Below, in pieces: positions 48,367 through 57,301 of a DNA stretch of 64,000 nt. Each line of letters starts with the position of its first letter. Within the stretch, counting starts at the first letter, position 1. This DNA is from an uncultured Gemmatimonadales bacterium (GTDB taxonomy: Bacteria > Gemmatimonadota > Gemmatimonadetes > Palauibacterales > Palauibacteraceae). Made by a program: the position numbers and the translations under genes. Under the pieces are notes generated by a model. That model did not search any database and was not told where the DNA came from. It saw only the letters and a program-made list of their open reading frames with translations. The DNA lies in contig CAWANJ010000001.1 of the NCBI GenBank assembly GCA_963783385.1, positions 96,001-160,000 of the forward strand, given 5' to 3'.

Positions 48367-48624
48367 GTGCCTCCCCCTGTCCGAGGTTAGGCGGAGCGGG
48401 AGCCCGAAGGGTCCACCAGCCCGGAGGGCCGGGACGGACGCGCGACGGGCAAGCGAACGGGACCGATGTCTATAGCGGAACCGCCCCGGCACCCGGCAAT
48501 TCGGGAGAGGCGGAGCGAGCCATACGTGCAGCCGCACCTCGGCCGAGGGGATCGGCGAGATGGGTCGCTACAGGCCGTGTCGCCGGGGCGACGCGGCGCG
48601 GAAGTGGACGGCACGAACATCAGC

Positions 48625-48661
48625 ATTGCGTGTATATTGTGTTTTACTGGAGGTGTGTCAA
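48625..48661 (-). promoter_or_regulatory. Putative promoter region for susC-2
   Basis: Minus strand TTGACA-N16-CAATAT inside a conspicuous AT-rich patch. Confidence 0.4.
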
Positions 48662-48723
48662 GACTTCGTAACGGACCGACTGGGACATTTCGTCCTAATC
48701 GGTCCTCGGCGCCGGGGACGCTG

Positions 48724-49212
48724 ATGCCGGGCGAATCGACTGCCATACCGAAGCCTACGGAAGAGGGTCGGGTCACGCTGCGCTGCGGCTTCTGCCGCAC
48801 CCTGAACCAGGTGGAGCTCGCCCGTGCCGACCAACGGCCCCGCTGCGCGGACTGTTCCCGGCCCATGCTCCTGGACCGGCCCGTCCGCCTGGAGGGAGAG
48901 GACTTCACCCGGACCGTCGAGGAAGCCGGCGCTCCGGTCCTGGTCGACTTCTACGCCGACTGGTGCGGTCCGTGCAAGATGATGGCTCCGGTGCTGGACG
49001 ATCTCGCCAGCCGTCACGCCGGCTCCCTGCTGGTCGCCAAGCTGGATACGGATCGCTGGCCCGACGTGGCGGGCCGCTTCGGGATCCGCGGCATCCCCAC
49101 CCTGATCCTGTTCGACGGAGGGCGCGAGGTCGCGCGGGAGACCGGCGCCGTGCCCCGCGAGCGCCTCGAGGCCCTGCTGGCCGCTCACACGCGGATCGTG
49201 CCCTCGAGGTAG
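48724..49212 (+). CDS. trxC: Thioredoxin 2 with N-terminal zinc finger
   Basis: CGFC...CADC zinc knuckles; VDFYADWCGPCK; IRGIPTL. Confidence 0.9.
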   Translation: MPGESTAIPKPTEEGRVTLRCGFCRTLNQVELARADQRPRCADCSRPMLLDRPVRLEGEDFTRTVEEAGAPVLVDFYADWCGPCKMMAPVLDDLASRHAGSLLVAKLDTDRWPDVAGRFGIRGIPTLILFDGGREVARETGAVPRERLEALLAAHTRIVPSR

Positions 49213-49976
49213 AGCACGGCCCGGCCGGCCAGGCGGACCCGGTCCGCGACCACCTCGCACAGCACCTCGCCCCCCCGACGCGACAGCTGCCTGGCCCTCA
49301 GGCGGTTCCTGCCCAGCCGATCGGCCCACACGGGCGCCAGCTCGCAGTGGGCCGAGCCCGTGACCGGATCCTCGGGCACGCCGAGCGCCGGTGCAAAGAA
49401 GCGGGACACGAAGTCGATCCCGGGCTCCTCGCTTTCCGCCGTGACGGCCACGCCGCGCCGATCCAGCCGGGCCAGCCCCGCCATGTCGGGCTCCAGGGCC
49501 CGAACGGCTTCTTCCGAGGGCAGGATCGCCACGTAGTCGCTGGCGGCCAGGACTTCGAGGGGCGTGGTCCCGAGCGCCGCGGCCAGTCCCGCGGGTGCCT
49601 CGCACGGCTCCGGCGGCAGCGCCGGGAAGTCCATGACCAGCCGCTCGCCCTCCCGGTGGACCTCCAGCTCGCCGCTGCGGGTCCGGAAGCGTACACCGTG
49701 CAGCGACGGCTCCATGTAGCGCAGGAGCACGTGCGCCGTGGCCAGGGTCGCGTGTCCGCACAGGTCGACCTCGTCCACGGGGGTGAACCACCGGAGGTGG
49801 TACGCGTCCCCGGGGGACTCGGGGACGAAGAAGGCGGTCTCCGACAGGTTGTTCTCGGCGGCGATCGATCGCAGGAGGTCGTCGGCGGGCCACTCCACGA
49901 GCGGACACACCGCGGCCGGATTGCCCGCGAACAGCCGCTCGGCGAACGCGTCGACCTGGAACATCCGGATGTCCAC
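49185..49976 (-). CDS. PhzF family phenazine biosynthesis-like isomerase
   Basis: QVDAFA...FAGNPAAV, NLSETAF, EVDLCGHATLA, EDPVTGSAH. Confidence 0.93.
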   Translation of the reverse strand: MDIRMFQVDAFAERLFAGNPAAVCPLVEWPADDLLRSIAAENNLSETAFFVPESPGDAYHLRWFTPVDEVDLCGHATLATAHVLLRYMEPSLHGVRFRTRSGELEVHREGERLVMDFPALPPEPCEAPAGLAAALGTTPLEVLAASDYVAILPSEEAVRALEPDMAGLARLDRRGVAVTAESEEPGIDFVSRFFAPALGVPEDPVTGSAHCELAPVWADRLGRNRLRARQLSRRGGEVLCEVVADRVRLAGRAVLYLEGTIRV

Positions 49977-50216
49977 GTGCTCCTCTCCTCCGGTGGTGTG
50001 CGCATCGTCCCGGTGACCGGCGCCCGCGGCGCCGGGAGGCTAAGGTACCGCTACGACCGGCCGAATCAACCGGGGCGTCGCGGCGGCCGCCTCTCCTGAA
50101 ACTCCCGGCGGCGCCCAGCCGTAGAGAGGATCGAGGCGGGCGTGCGTCCGCCTCAGGCGCGCATTGTCGCGCCGCGGCGCCCGACCACCGACATCCACCA
50201 GCCCGAGGAAGGGACC

Positions 50217-50540
50217 ATGGCGGAGACTCTCGCCGTATTCATTCCGATCGTGTTCATCCTCTCCGTCGCGGGCGTGCTCATCCTGCGGCCGCTCACCAAG
50301 CGCCTCGGCACCCTGCTCGAGGCCTACGCCCAGGACCGGGTCGCCTCCCGTACCGAGGACCGCCAGCTCGATTCGATGCGGGACCGATTCGAGAGCCTGG
50401 ACCGACGACTGGACGTGCTGGAAGAGCGCATGGGCTTCACCGAGGAGCTGGTCGGTCGCCGGCCGGCCGAGCGGGTCCAGCCCCCCGAGGAAGGGGCGCG
50501 ATCGTCGACGACGGCCGCACGCCTGGCCGGGCACGGCTGA
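50217..50540 (+). CDS. Hypothetical small membrane protein with coiled coil
   Basis: RBS, one TM helix, LDRRLDVLEERMGFTEELV. Confidence 0.7.
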   Translation: MAETLAVFIPIVFILSVAGVLILRPLTKRLGTLLEAYAQDRVASRTEDRQLDSMRDRFESLDRRLDVLEERMGFTEELVGRRPAERVQPPEEGARSSTTAARLAGHG

Positions 50541-50593
50541 GCCGCCCCGCCGCCCGACCCCCGGGCCGCGGCCCCGCCGCCGGGACGCCCCCC

Positions 50594-51835
50594 TCAGCGC
50601 ACCAGCGCCAGCCACGCCACGCCCCACCCCAGGGTGAGCAGCGTGACGGGGATCCCCGCCCGGGCGTACTCCCAGTAGCCGAGCTGCACACCGCGCGCCT
50701 CGGCTCGCTCGGCCACGATGAGGTTGGCGACGGAGCCGATGAGGAGGAAATTGCCCGCGAAGGTCGAGCTCATGGCCACGACCTCCCACACGAACCGCGG
50801 GTCGGGGAGCTGGGGAACCACGGTTCGCCACACGAGGACCGCGGGCACGTTGCTGACGAGGTTGGAGAGCACCAGCATCGCGCCGCTCACCACGCCGGCC
50901 TCGCGCAGCCCTCCTCCCGCGCCCAGGACCCCGCGGGCCCCGCGCGTCACCACCTCGAGGATGCCGGTCGCCTCGAGCCCGCCGGTCACCACGAACAGGC
51001 CGGCGAAGAAGACGAGGAGGGACCATTCCACCCGGGCCAGCGTCGGGCCCGGCGACTCTCCGGCGACGACCAGGGAGAGCGCACCAGCGGCCAGGGCCAC
51101 GAGCGGCAGGGACAGGCCCGCCACCCAGGCCACGACCGCCGCCCCGAAGAGTCCCAGGCACCACCCGGCGCGGCGCGGATCGGAAAGGCCCGGCTCCTCG
51201 TCCGCGGCACCCTCCCCGTCCGCGGGCGCCGCCGCGCCCAGTCGGTCCCTGTGCAGCCACCACAGGACGGCGGCCGTGAGGACCAGGCCCCCGAGCACGA
51301 CCGGCGCCATGCGGAGCGCGAACGCGCCGTAACCGATGCCGCTCGCGATCCCGATCAGCATGTTCTGGGGATTCCCGGTGAAGGTCAGGGCGGAGCCCAC
51401 GTTGGAGCCCATGGCGAGACCCAGGAGATAGGGGACCGGCGGCTGCTCCAGGCGCCGCGCCGCCGTGAGCACCACGGGCGTGAACACGAGGCAGACGGTG
51501 TCGTTCACGAACAGGGAGGAGAAGATCCCCGACACGAACACCACCGCCACGAGGAGGCGGCCCGGCGTGCCCGCCCCGGCGGCCGCCCGCCGTGCCGCCC
51601 ACTCGAAGAACCCGGCCCGCTCGAGCTGCGCCACCAGCAGCATGAGACCGAAGAGGAACACCAGGACGTCCAGGTCCACGGCCCGGTAGGCCCCTTCGAG
51701 TCCGAGGCCGCCGACCACGACCATGGCCACGGCGCCGAGCAGGGCGGCGGCCGGTCGGCTCACTCGGATCGAGTGCAGGCGCTGCGTCGCGATCAGGACG
51801 TAGGTCACTGCGAACACGATGATGGCGGGTGCCAG
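50594..51835 (-). CDS. ArsB/CitMHS/SLC13-type (YbiR-like) anion transporter
   Basis: FVNDTVC..FTP, GSNVGSALTFTGNPQNM, SNLVSNVPAV, SSTFAGN...IGSVANLIV. Start probably CTG 51835 (first canonical start is GTG 51817). Confidence 0.88.
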   Translation of the reverse strand: MAPAIIVFAVTYVLIATQRLHSIRVSRPAAALLGAVAMVVVGGLGLEGAYRAVDLDVLVFLFGLMLLVAQLERAGFFEWAARRAAAGAGTPGRLLVAVVFVSGIFSSLFVNDTVCLVFTPVVLTAARRLEQPPVPYLLGLAMGSNVGSALTFTGNPQNMLIGIASGIGYGAFALRMAPVVLGGLVLTAAVLWWLHRDRLGAAAPADGEGAADEEPGLSDPRRAGWCLGLFGAAVVAWVAGLSLPLVALAAGALSLVVAGESPGPTLARVEWSLLVFFAGLFVVTGGLEATGILEVVTRGARGVLGAGGGLREAGVVSGAMLVLSNLVSNVPAVLVWRTVVPQLPDPRFVWEVVAMSSTFAGNFLLIGSVANLIVAERAEARGVQLGYWEYARAGIPVTLLTLGWGVAWLALVR

Positions 51836-51992
51836 GGCGACCTCCGGGCCGTTCGGGACGTGCTGCCGGCCCGCGCAGAGGAGCCGCCGCGTAGGGGCGC
51901 CACCCCTCCTCGCGACGGGGCCGCGAGACCGCTACGGTACCGGCCCGACGCATCCCACGGCAATCGAGGTCCGTACGAGGAGGCGACCGCGC

Positions 51993-52463
51993 ATGGCCCG
52001 ACGACACTGGCTCGTGAAGACCGATCCGGACACCTACGCCATCGACGACCTGGCGCGCGACGGCACCACGGAGTGGTGGGGTGTGCGCAACTACCTGGCC
52101 CGAAATTACATGCGAGACGAAATGAGCCCGGGGGACTCCGTGCTCCTCTACCACTCGAGCACGCCGGTGCTGGGCGTGTACGGCGTCGCCAGGGTGGCCG
52201 GCCCCGCCCATCCGGACTCGAAGCAGTTCGAGGAGGACCACCCGTACGCGGACCCCGATTCGGACCCCGAGGACCCGACCTGGTGGTGCGTGGACCTGGA
52301 GCACGTCGAGACGTTCGACCCGCCCGTCACCCGCGATGCCATGAAGGAGGAGCCTGCCCTCTCCGACATGAAGGTCCTGCAGCGCGGCGTGCGGCACTCG
52401 ATCCTGCCCGTGACCCCGGCGGCGTTCGAAGCGGTGCTGCGCATGGCCCGGCGCGCGGAGTGA
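51993..52463 (+). CDS. EVE domain-containing protein
   Basis: HWLVKTDP..Y.IDDL, W.GVRNYLARNYMR, GD..L.YHS, W.CVD. Confidence 0.92.
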   Translation: MARRHWLVKTDPDTYAIDDLARDGTTEWWGVRNYLARNYMRDEMSPGDSVLLYHSSTPVLGVYGVARVAGPAHPDSKQFEEDHPYADPDSDPEDPTWWCVDLEHVETFDPPVTRDAMKEEPALSDMKVLQRGVRHSILPVTPAAFEAVLRMARRAE

Positions 52464-52572
52464 GGCTCCGGGCCGATCCGCCGGGGTTTACACTCCTGCG
52501 GCTCCCACCTATGGTGTGGACGCCGAAGATGGAAGACCGATCCGGTCGTCTCCCTCCGCCCAGGAGGACGTC

Positions 52573-53115
52573 ATGTGGCTCCTGATCCTGATCGCCGTCA
52601 TCGTCGTGGGCGGCATCGTGATGTACAACGGTCTGGTACGGCTGCGCGTGCAGGCCGACAACGCGTGGGCCGACATCGACGTGCAGCTCAAGCGGCGGCA
52701 CGACCTCATCCCCAACCTCGTGGAGACGGTCAAGGGCTATGCGGGTCACGAGAAGGAGACGCTCGAGGGCGTGATCGAGGCGCGGAACAAGGCGATGGGC
52801 GCCCAGGGCCCCGCCGCGAAGGGGCAGGCCGAGGGCCAGCTCACCAACGCCCTCAAGTCGTTGTTCGCCCTCTCGGAGTCGTATCCACAGCTGCGGGCAG
52901 TGGAGAGCTTCACGCAGCTCCAGAACACCCTGAACCAGATCGAGGACGCGGTCCAGAACGCGCGCCGGTACTACAACGCGGTCGTGCGGGACTTCAACAC
53001 CAAGATCTCCCAGTTCCCCTCGAACCTCGTGGCCAACGTGTTCGGCTTCCATGCCAAGGAGTTCTTCTCGCTCGGGGACGAGTCCGAGCGCGAGGTCCCC
53101 AAGGTCGACTTCTGA
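52573..53115 (+). CDS. lemA: LemA family protein
   Basis: YNGLV, AWADIDVQLKRRHDLIPNLVETVKGYA.HE, YPQL, ARRYYN. Confidence 0.95.
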   Translation: MWLLILIAVIVVGGIVMYNGLVRLRVQADNAWADIDVQLKRRHDLIPNLVETVKGYAGHEKETLEGVIEARNKAMGAQGPAAKGQAEGQLTNALKSLFALSESYPQLRAVESFTQLQNTLNQIEDAVQNARRYYNAVVRDFNTKISQFPSNLVANVFGFHAKEFFSLGDESEREVPKVDF

Positions 53116-53122
53116 GGCCATA

Positions 53123-55006
53123 GTGGACGCGACGCCCGGGACCGCTGGCGAGCGGCCCGTCCGCCGTGCGAGCGAGCGGCCCCGGAGCCGCCTCCTCCCG
53201 CGGTGGACGGCACTGGGAGCCGTCGCGGCCTGCCTGGCCGCCACCCCGGCCGCATTGGCGGCCGGCGCCGTCTCCCCGGGCCCGGTGGCGCGGACCGCCT
53301 CCCGGGCTCCCGCCGCGCCGTCCGTGGCGGCGGAAGCCGCGGCCCGGTCCTGGCACATCCGGGACTTCCACTCGGAGATCCGGGTGTTCCGCACGGGCCG
53401 AATGGAAGTCGACGAGACGCTCCGCATCCAGTTCGAAGGCTCCTTCCATGGCATCTACCGGGACTTTCCGGTCCGCTACAACGGTCCGGGAGGCTTCGAC
53501 TACCGGTTGTTCACGAGCGTGGCGGGGGTCGAGGACGGCCAGGGCCACGACCTCAAGTACGAGACGTCGAAGCACGGTGGGGACCTTCGCATCAAGATCT
53601 ACATTCCCGGAGCGGAGGACGCGACGCGCACGGTGACGATCCACTATCGGATCGAGAACGGATTGCGCTTCTTCGACGACTACGACGAGCTGTACTGGAA
53701 CGTGACCGGCGCTCAATGGCCCGTCCCGATCAATGCCGCATCCACCACGATCCACCTTCCGGTCGAGGTGACGGGCGTACGTGCCAAGGCGTACACGGGG
53801 GCCTTCGGCTCGAAGGCGCAGAATGCCGACGTGCAGGTGTCGGGCTCCATCGTCCGCATCACCTCCACGCGCCCGCTGGACATGCACGAGGGGCTGACAG
53901 CGGACGTCGCCTGGGAGGCCGGTGTCATCCACAGGCCCACCTTCCTCACGAAGGTCGGCTGGTTCCTGAGAAGCAACTGGCCCCTGGGTCTGCCGTTCCT
54001 GGTGTTCCCGGCCATGTTCGGCATCTGGTGGAAGCGGGGCCGCGACCCGCGGCTGCGCCCGATCGCGGCCCGGTACGAGCCGCCCGATGGCCTGACGCCG
54101 GGCGAGGAAGGGGTCCTGGTCGACGACTCGCCGGATATGCGGGACATCACCGCCACCCTCGTCGACCTGGCCGTTCGCGGCTTCGTCACCATCGAGGAGC
54201 ACGACAAGAAGAAGTACCTCGGCCTCATCGGGACCGAGAGGGACTACGCCTTCGACCTGGCGCGCCCCAAGGAGGCGTGGCAGGGGCTCGCGGCCCACGA
54301 GGAAGCCCTGCTGAACGGCATCTTCGACGACGGCACGACGGAGCACGTCGATCTGAAGGACCTCGAGGACAGCTTCTACCGGAAGCTCTCCGGCATCAAG
54401 GATGACCTGTTCGATGCGCTCATGAACCGGGGCTACTACGGCCGCCGGCCGGACCGGGTGCGGGGGATGTGGCTGGGCGTGGCCTTCGTGGGTACGGTCC
54501 TCTGCCTCATCGGCGGCCTCAAGCTGGCCAACCACTTCGCCTTCTCCGCCCTCGCCGTGGGCATCGGCGTGGCCCTGTCGGGGCTCACCGTTGCGGTCAT
54601 CGGCTGGTTCATGCCGGCCAAGACGGCGGCCGGGACGCGGGCGCTGGAGGCCGTGCTCGGGTTCGAGGAGTTCCTGAAGCGCGTCGAGGAGCCTCGCTTC
54701 CAGAAGCTCATCAAGGGTCCGAAGGACTTCGAGCGCTTCCTGCCGCACGCCATGGCGCTCGGGGTCGAGAAGTCGTGGGCCAAGGCCTTCGAGGGCATCT
54801 ACAAAGAGCCCCCCTCCTGGTACAGGGGCACGAGCCCGACCGGCTTCAACACCGGGCTGTTCGTGGCCAGCCTCGGCAACATGTCCGCGCGCACGAGCTC
54901 CGTGATGACCTCACAGCCCCGCAGCAGCTCGGGGAGCTCGGGCTTCGGCGGAGGCGGCGGCTTCTCGGGCGGGGGCTTCGGCGGAGGCGGAGGCGGAGCG
55001 TTCTGA
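53123..55006 (+). CDS. DUF2207 membrane protein
   Basis: DELYWNVTG, ATLVDLAVRG, FERFLPHAMALGV, Gly-rich tail GGGFSGGGFGGGGGGAF; typical LemA partner. Confidence 0.9.
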   Translation: MDATPGTAGERPVRRASERPRSRLLPRWTALGAVAACLAATPAALAAGAVSPGPVARTASRAPAAPSVAAEAAARSWHIRDFHSEIRVFRTGRMEVDETLRIQFEGSFHGIYRDFPVRYNGPGGFDYRLFTSVAGVEDGQGHDLKYETSKHGGDLRIKIYIPGAEDATRTVTIHYRIENGLRFFDDYDELYWNVTGAQWPVPINAASTTIHLPVEVTGVRAKAYTGAFGSKAQNADVQVSGSIVRITSTRPLDMHEGLTADVAWEAGVIHRPTFLTKVGWFLRSNWPLGLPFLVFPAMFGIWWKRGRDPRLRPIAARYEPPDGLTPGEEGVLVDDSPDMRDITATLVDLAVRGFVTIEEHDKKKYLGLIGTERDYAFDLARPKEAWQGLAAHEEALLNGIFDDGTTEHVDLKDLEDSFYRKLSGIKDDLFDALMNRGYYGRRPDRVRGMWLGVAFVGTVLCLIGGLKLANHFAFSALAVGIGVALSGLTVAVIGWFMPAKTAAGTRALEAVLGFEEFLKRVEEPRFQKLIKGPKDFERFLPHAMALGVEKSWAKAFEGIYKEPPSWYRGTSPTGFNTGLFVASLGNMSARTSSVMTSQPRSSSGSSGFGGGGGFSGGGFGGGGGGAF

Positions 55007-55036
55007 TCGAACCGTGAGCACCCGCAGGAGACACGC

Positions 55037-55516
55037 ATGACCGTGGAAATAGGCGACCGCGCGCCCGGATTCGCGCTTCCCTCCGCGCCGGGGCACGAAG
55101 TCGATGTCGGAAGGCTGTTCGGGAGCGAGACGGTCGTGCTCCTCTTCTTTCCTCTCGCGTTCAGCTCCACCTGCACGACCGAGCTGTGCACCTTCAGGGA
55201 CCGGTGGGACGAGTTCTCGGAGCTGGACGCGCGCGTGTTCGCGATTTCGGTGGACAGCCCGTTCGTGACGGACCTGTTCCGGCGCGAGGAGAACATCCCC
55301 TTCCCCGTCCTGTCGGACTTCAACCGCGATGTCGCCGAGCGCTACGGCGTGCTGTACGACGAGCTCCTCGGGCTCGAGGGGGTCGGCAAGCGCTCGGTGT
55401 TCGTGATCGGGCCGGATGGCCGCGTCGAGTATCGCTGGGTCTCCGAGGACCCCGGCGTCGAGCCCGACTACGACGCGGTGCGCGAAGCGGTGCGCGCCGC
55501 GGTGCGCACCGCCTGA
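55037..55516 (+). CDS. Peroxiredoxin / redoxin (AhpC-TSA family)
   Basis: GDRAP.F.L, FFPLAFSSTCTTELC, ISVDSPF, LSDFN, KRSVFVI. Confidence 0.9.
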   Translation: MTVEIGDRAPGFALPSAPGHEVDVGRLFGSETVVLLFFPLAFSSTCTTELCTFRDRWDEFSELDARVFAISVDSPFVTDLFRREENIPFPVLSDFNRDVAERYGVLYDELLGLEGVGKRSVFVIGPDGRVEYRWVSEDPGVEPDYDAVREAVRAAVRTA

Positions 55517-55597
55517 GCCGGGCGCGGCCGAGCCCGACCGACCCCTTGCCCGCCCCCGGACACCCGCTGTCGTTCCGTCGCCCTCCGGAGAGGATCC

Positions 55598-57193
55598 GTG
55601 GAGCTCGATCAGATCGTCCAGGCCCTCCAGGACCCCGCCGCCTTCCCGCATCCGGCCGGTGACCTGGAGCTACACCACACCCACATCTCGGTCGTGGTCC
55701 TGGCGGGAGACTTCGCCTACAAGGTGAAGAAGCCGGTGGACCTGGGCTTCCTGGATTTCACGACGCTGGAGAGGCGCCGCTACTTCTGCTCGGAAGAAGT
55801 GCGGCTCAACCAGCGACTGGCGCCCGATGTCTACCTGGACGTGGTGCCCCTCACGCTCCGGGATGGCGGCCTGCGCGTGGGCGGTGAGGGCGACCCGGTC
55901 GAATACGCGGTCAGGATGCGCCGGCTGGCGCCCGACGCCACGGCCCTGGCCCGACTGGAACGGGGCGACCTCGCCCCGGGCGAGGTCGAGTACCTGGCGG
56001 TCCGCATCGCCCGCTTCCACGGCGAGGCGCCCGGCAGCGAGGGGATCGCGCACTTCGGACGCTTCGAGGTGGTGGCGGGCAACGCCCGCGAGAACTTCGG
56101 TCAGTCCAGGAGCCACGTGGCCCACACCGTCGAGGCCGGGGTGTTCGAGCGGGCCCGTGCCCTGACCGAGGCCGAGCTGGAACGACGACGGGAGCTCATC
56201 GAGGACCGCGCCGGGCGTGGGGTCCCTCGGGACACCCACGGGGACCTCCACCTGGACCACGTCTACTTCCTGCCGGACCGGCCGCCACCCGGCGACGTCG
56301 CCATCGTCGACTGCATCGAGTTCAACGAGCGCTTCCGGTTCGCCGACCCGGTCTCCGACATGGCCTTCCTGGCCATGGATCTGGCCTTCCGCGACCGCCG
56401 CGACCTGGCGGCGCGGTTCACGGATGCCTACCTGGCGGCCGCCGCCGATCCCGAGGGCCGGGCCCTCGTGCCGCTGTACCGCTCCTACCGCTCCGCGGTC
56501 CGGGCCAAGGTGGAGGGCATCGCCTCGCTGGACGAGGAGGTGCCCGAGGCCGCCCGCAGGCGAGCCGCGGAGCGGGCGCGTGCCTACTGGCTCCTCACGC
56601 TCGGCCAGCTCGAGACCCCGGCGAGGCGACCCGGCCTCGTGCTGGTGGCCGGTCTGCCCGCCACGGGCAAGTCCACGCTGGCGGCCGGACTGGCCGGGCG
56701 CGCCAGCTTCGAGGTCCTGGCCAGCGACCGGGTCCGGAAGGAGCTGGCCGGCCTCCCGCCCGATCGTGGTGCCGCCGCGGCCCCCGACGAGGGCCTGTAC
56801 GCGCCCGAGTGGACCGAGCGCACTTACGCGGCGCTCCTGGACCGGGCCTCCGCCACCCTCCGACGTGGGGGCCGCGCCCTGGTGGACGCCTCCTTCCACC
56901 GCGAGGAGCGGCGCCGCCAGTTCGTGGCGCTGGCCCGCTCGCTGGCGGTTCCGGTGCGCATGCTCGTGTGCCGGACCGACCCCGGGAGCGTCCGGAGGAG
57001 GCTGGAGAGTCGAGCCGGGGGACCCTCGGACGCGGACTGGGGCGTCTACAGGACCATGGCCGCCCGCTGGGAGGAGCCCGGCCCCGACACGGCCCGGCAC
57101 GTGGGCAGCATCGACACGACGGTGGAGCCCGGGGACAGTCTCCGTGCGGCCCTGGCCGAGCTCGCGGCGGTCGGCCTCGTCCCCGGGGCATGA
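55598..57193 (+). CDS. Bifunctional aminoglycoside-phosphotransferase-like / AAA_33 kinase protein (Rv2004c-like)
   Basis: THIS.V.L.G..AYK.KKPV..GFLDF, HGDLHL, DCIEFN, Walker A GLPATGKST. Confidence 0.88.
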   Translation: MELDQIVQALQDPAAFPHPAGDLELHHTHISVVVLAGDFAYKVKKPVDLGFLDFTTLERRRYFCSEEVRLNQRLAPDVYLDVVPLTLRDGGLRVGGEGDPVEYAVRMRRLAPDATALARLERGDLAPGEVEYLAVRIARFHGEAPGSEGIAHFGRFEVVAGNARENFGQSRSHVAHTVEAGVFERARALTEAELERRRELIEDRAGRGVPRDTHGDLHLDHVYFLPDRPPPGDVAIVDCIEFNERFRFADPVSDMAFLAMDLAFRDRRDLAARFTDAYLAAAADPEGRALVPLYRSYRSAVRAKVEGIASLDEEVPEAARRRAAERARAYWLLTLGQLETPARRPGLVLVAGLPATGKSTLAAGLAGRASFEVLASDRVRKELAGLPPDRGAAAAPDEGLYAPEWTERTYAALLDRASATLRRGGRALVDASFHREERRRQFVALARSLAVPVRMLVCRTDPGSVRRRLESRAGGPSDADWGVYRTMAARWEEPGPDTARHVGSIDTTVEPGDSLRAALAELAAVGLVPGA

Positions 57194-57301
57194 CCGGTTC
57201 GAACCCTTGCCAATCAAACCCCTTCTGCCCACTCTTCGGGGTTAGCCGGCCGCGCGCGGCGCGGCCGGGGAGTGCAGCCATGCACCCCGGAGCGCAAGCT
57301 C

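Noticed and set aside
49185-49212. 28-bp overlap of convergent trxC and phzF 3' ends
   Set aside because: Short tail-to-tail overlaps are common in GC-rich genomes and both proteins look complete.
54925-55003. GGCTTCGGCGGAGGCGG repeats, and the Gly/Ser repeats at 4820-4965
   Set aside because: These encode the normal Gly-rich tail of DUF2207 and the low-complexity bactofilin tail; they are not CRISPR or mobile repeats.
57195-57215. GGTTCGAACCC...CCA resembling a tRNA T-loop and 3' end
   Set aside because: The T-stem does not pair beyond two bases and there is no acceptor, D or anticodon arm; the TTGCCA may instead be a -35 element.
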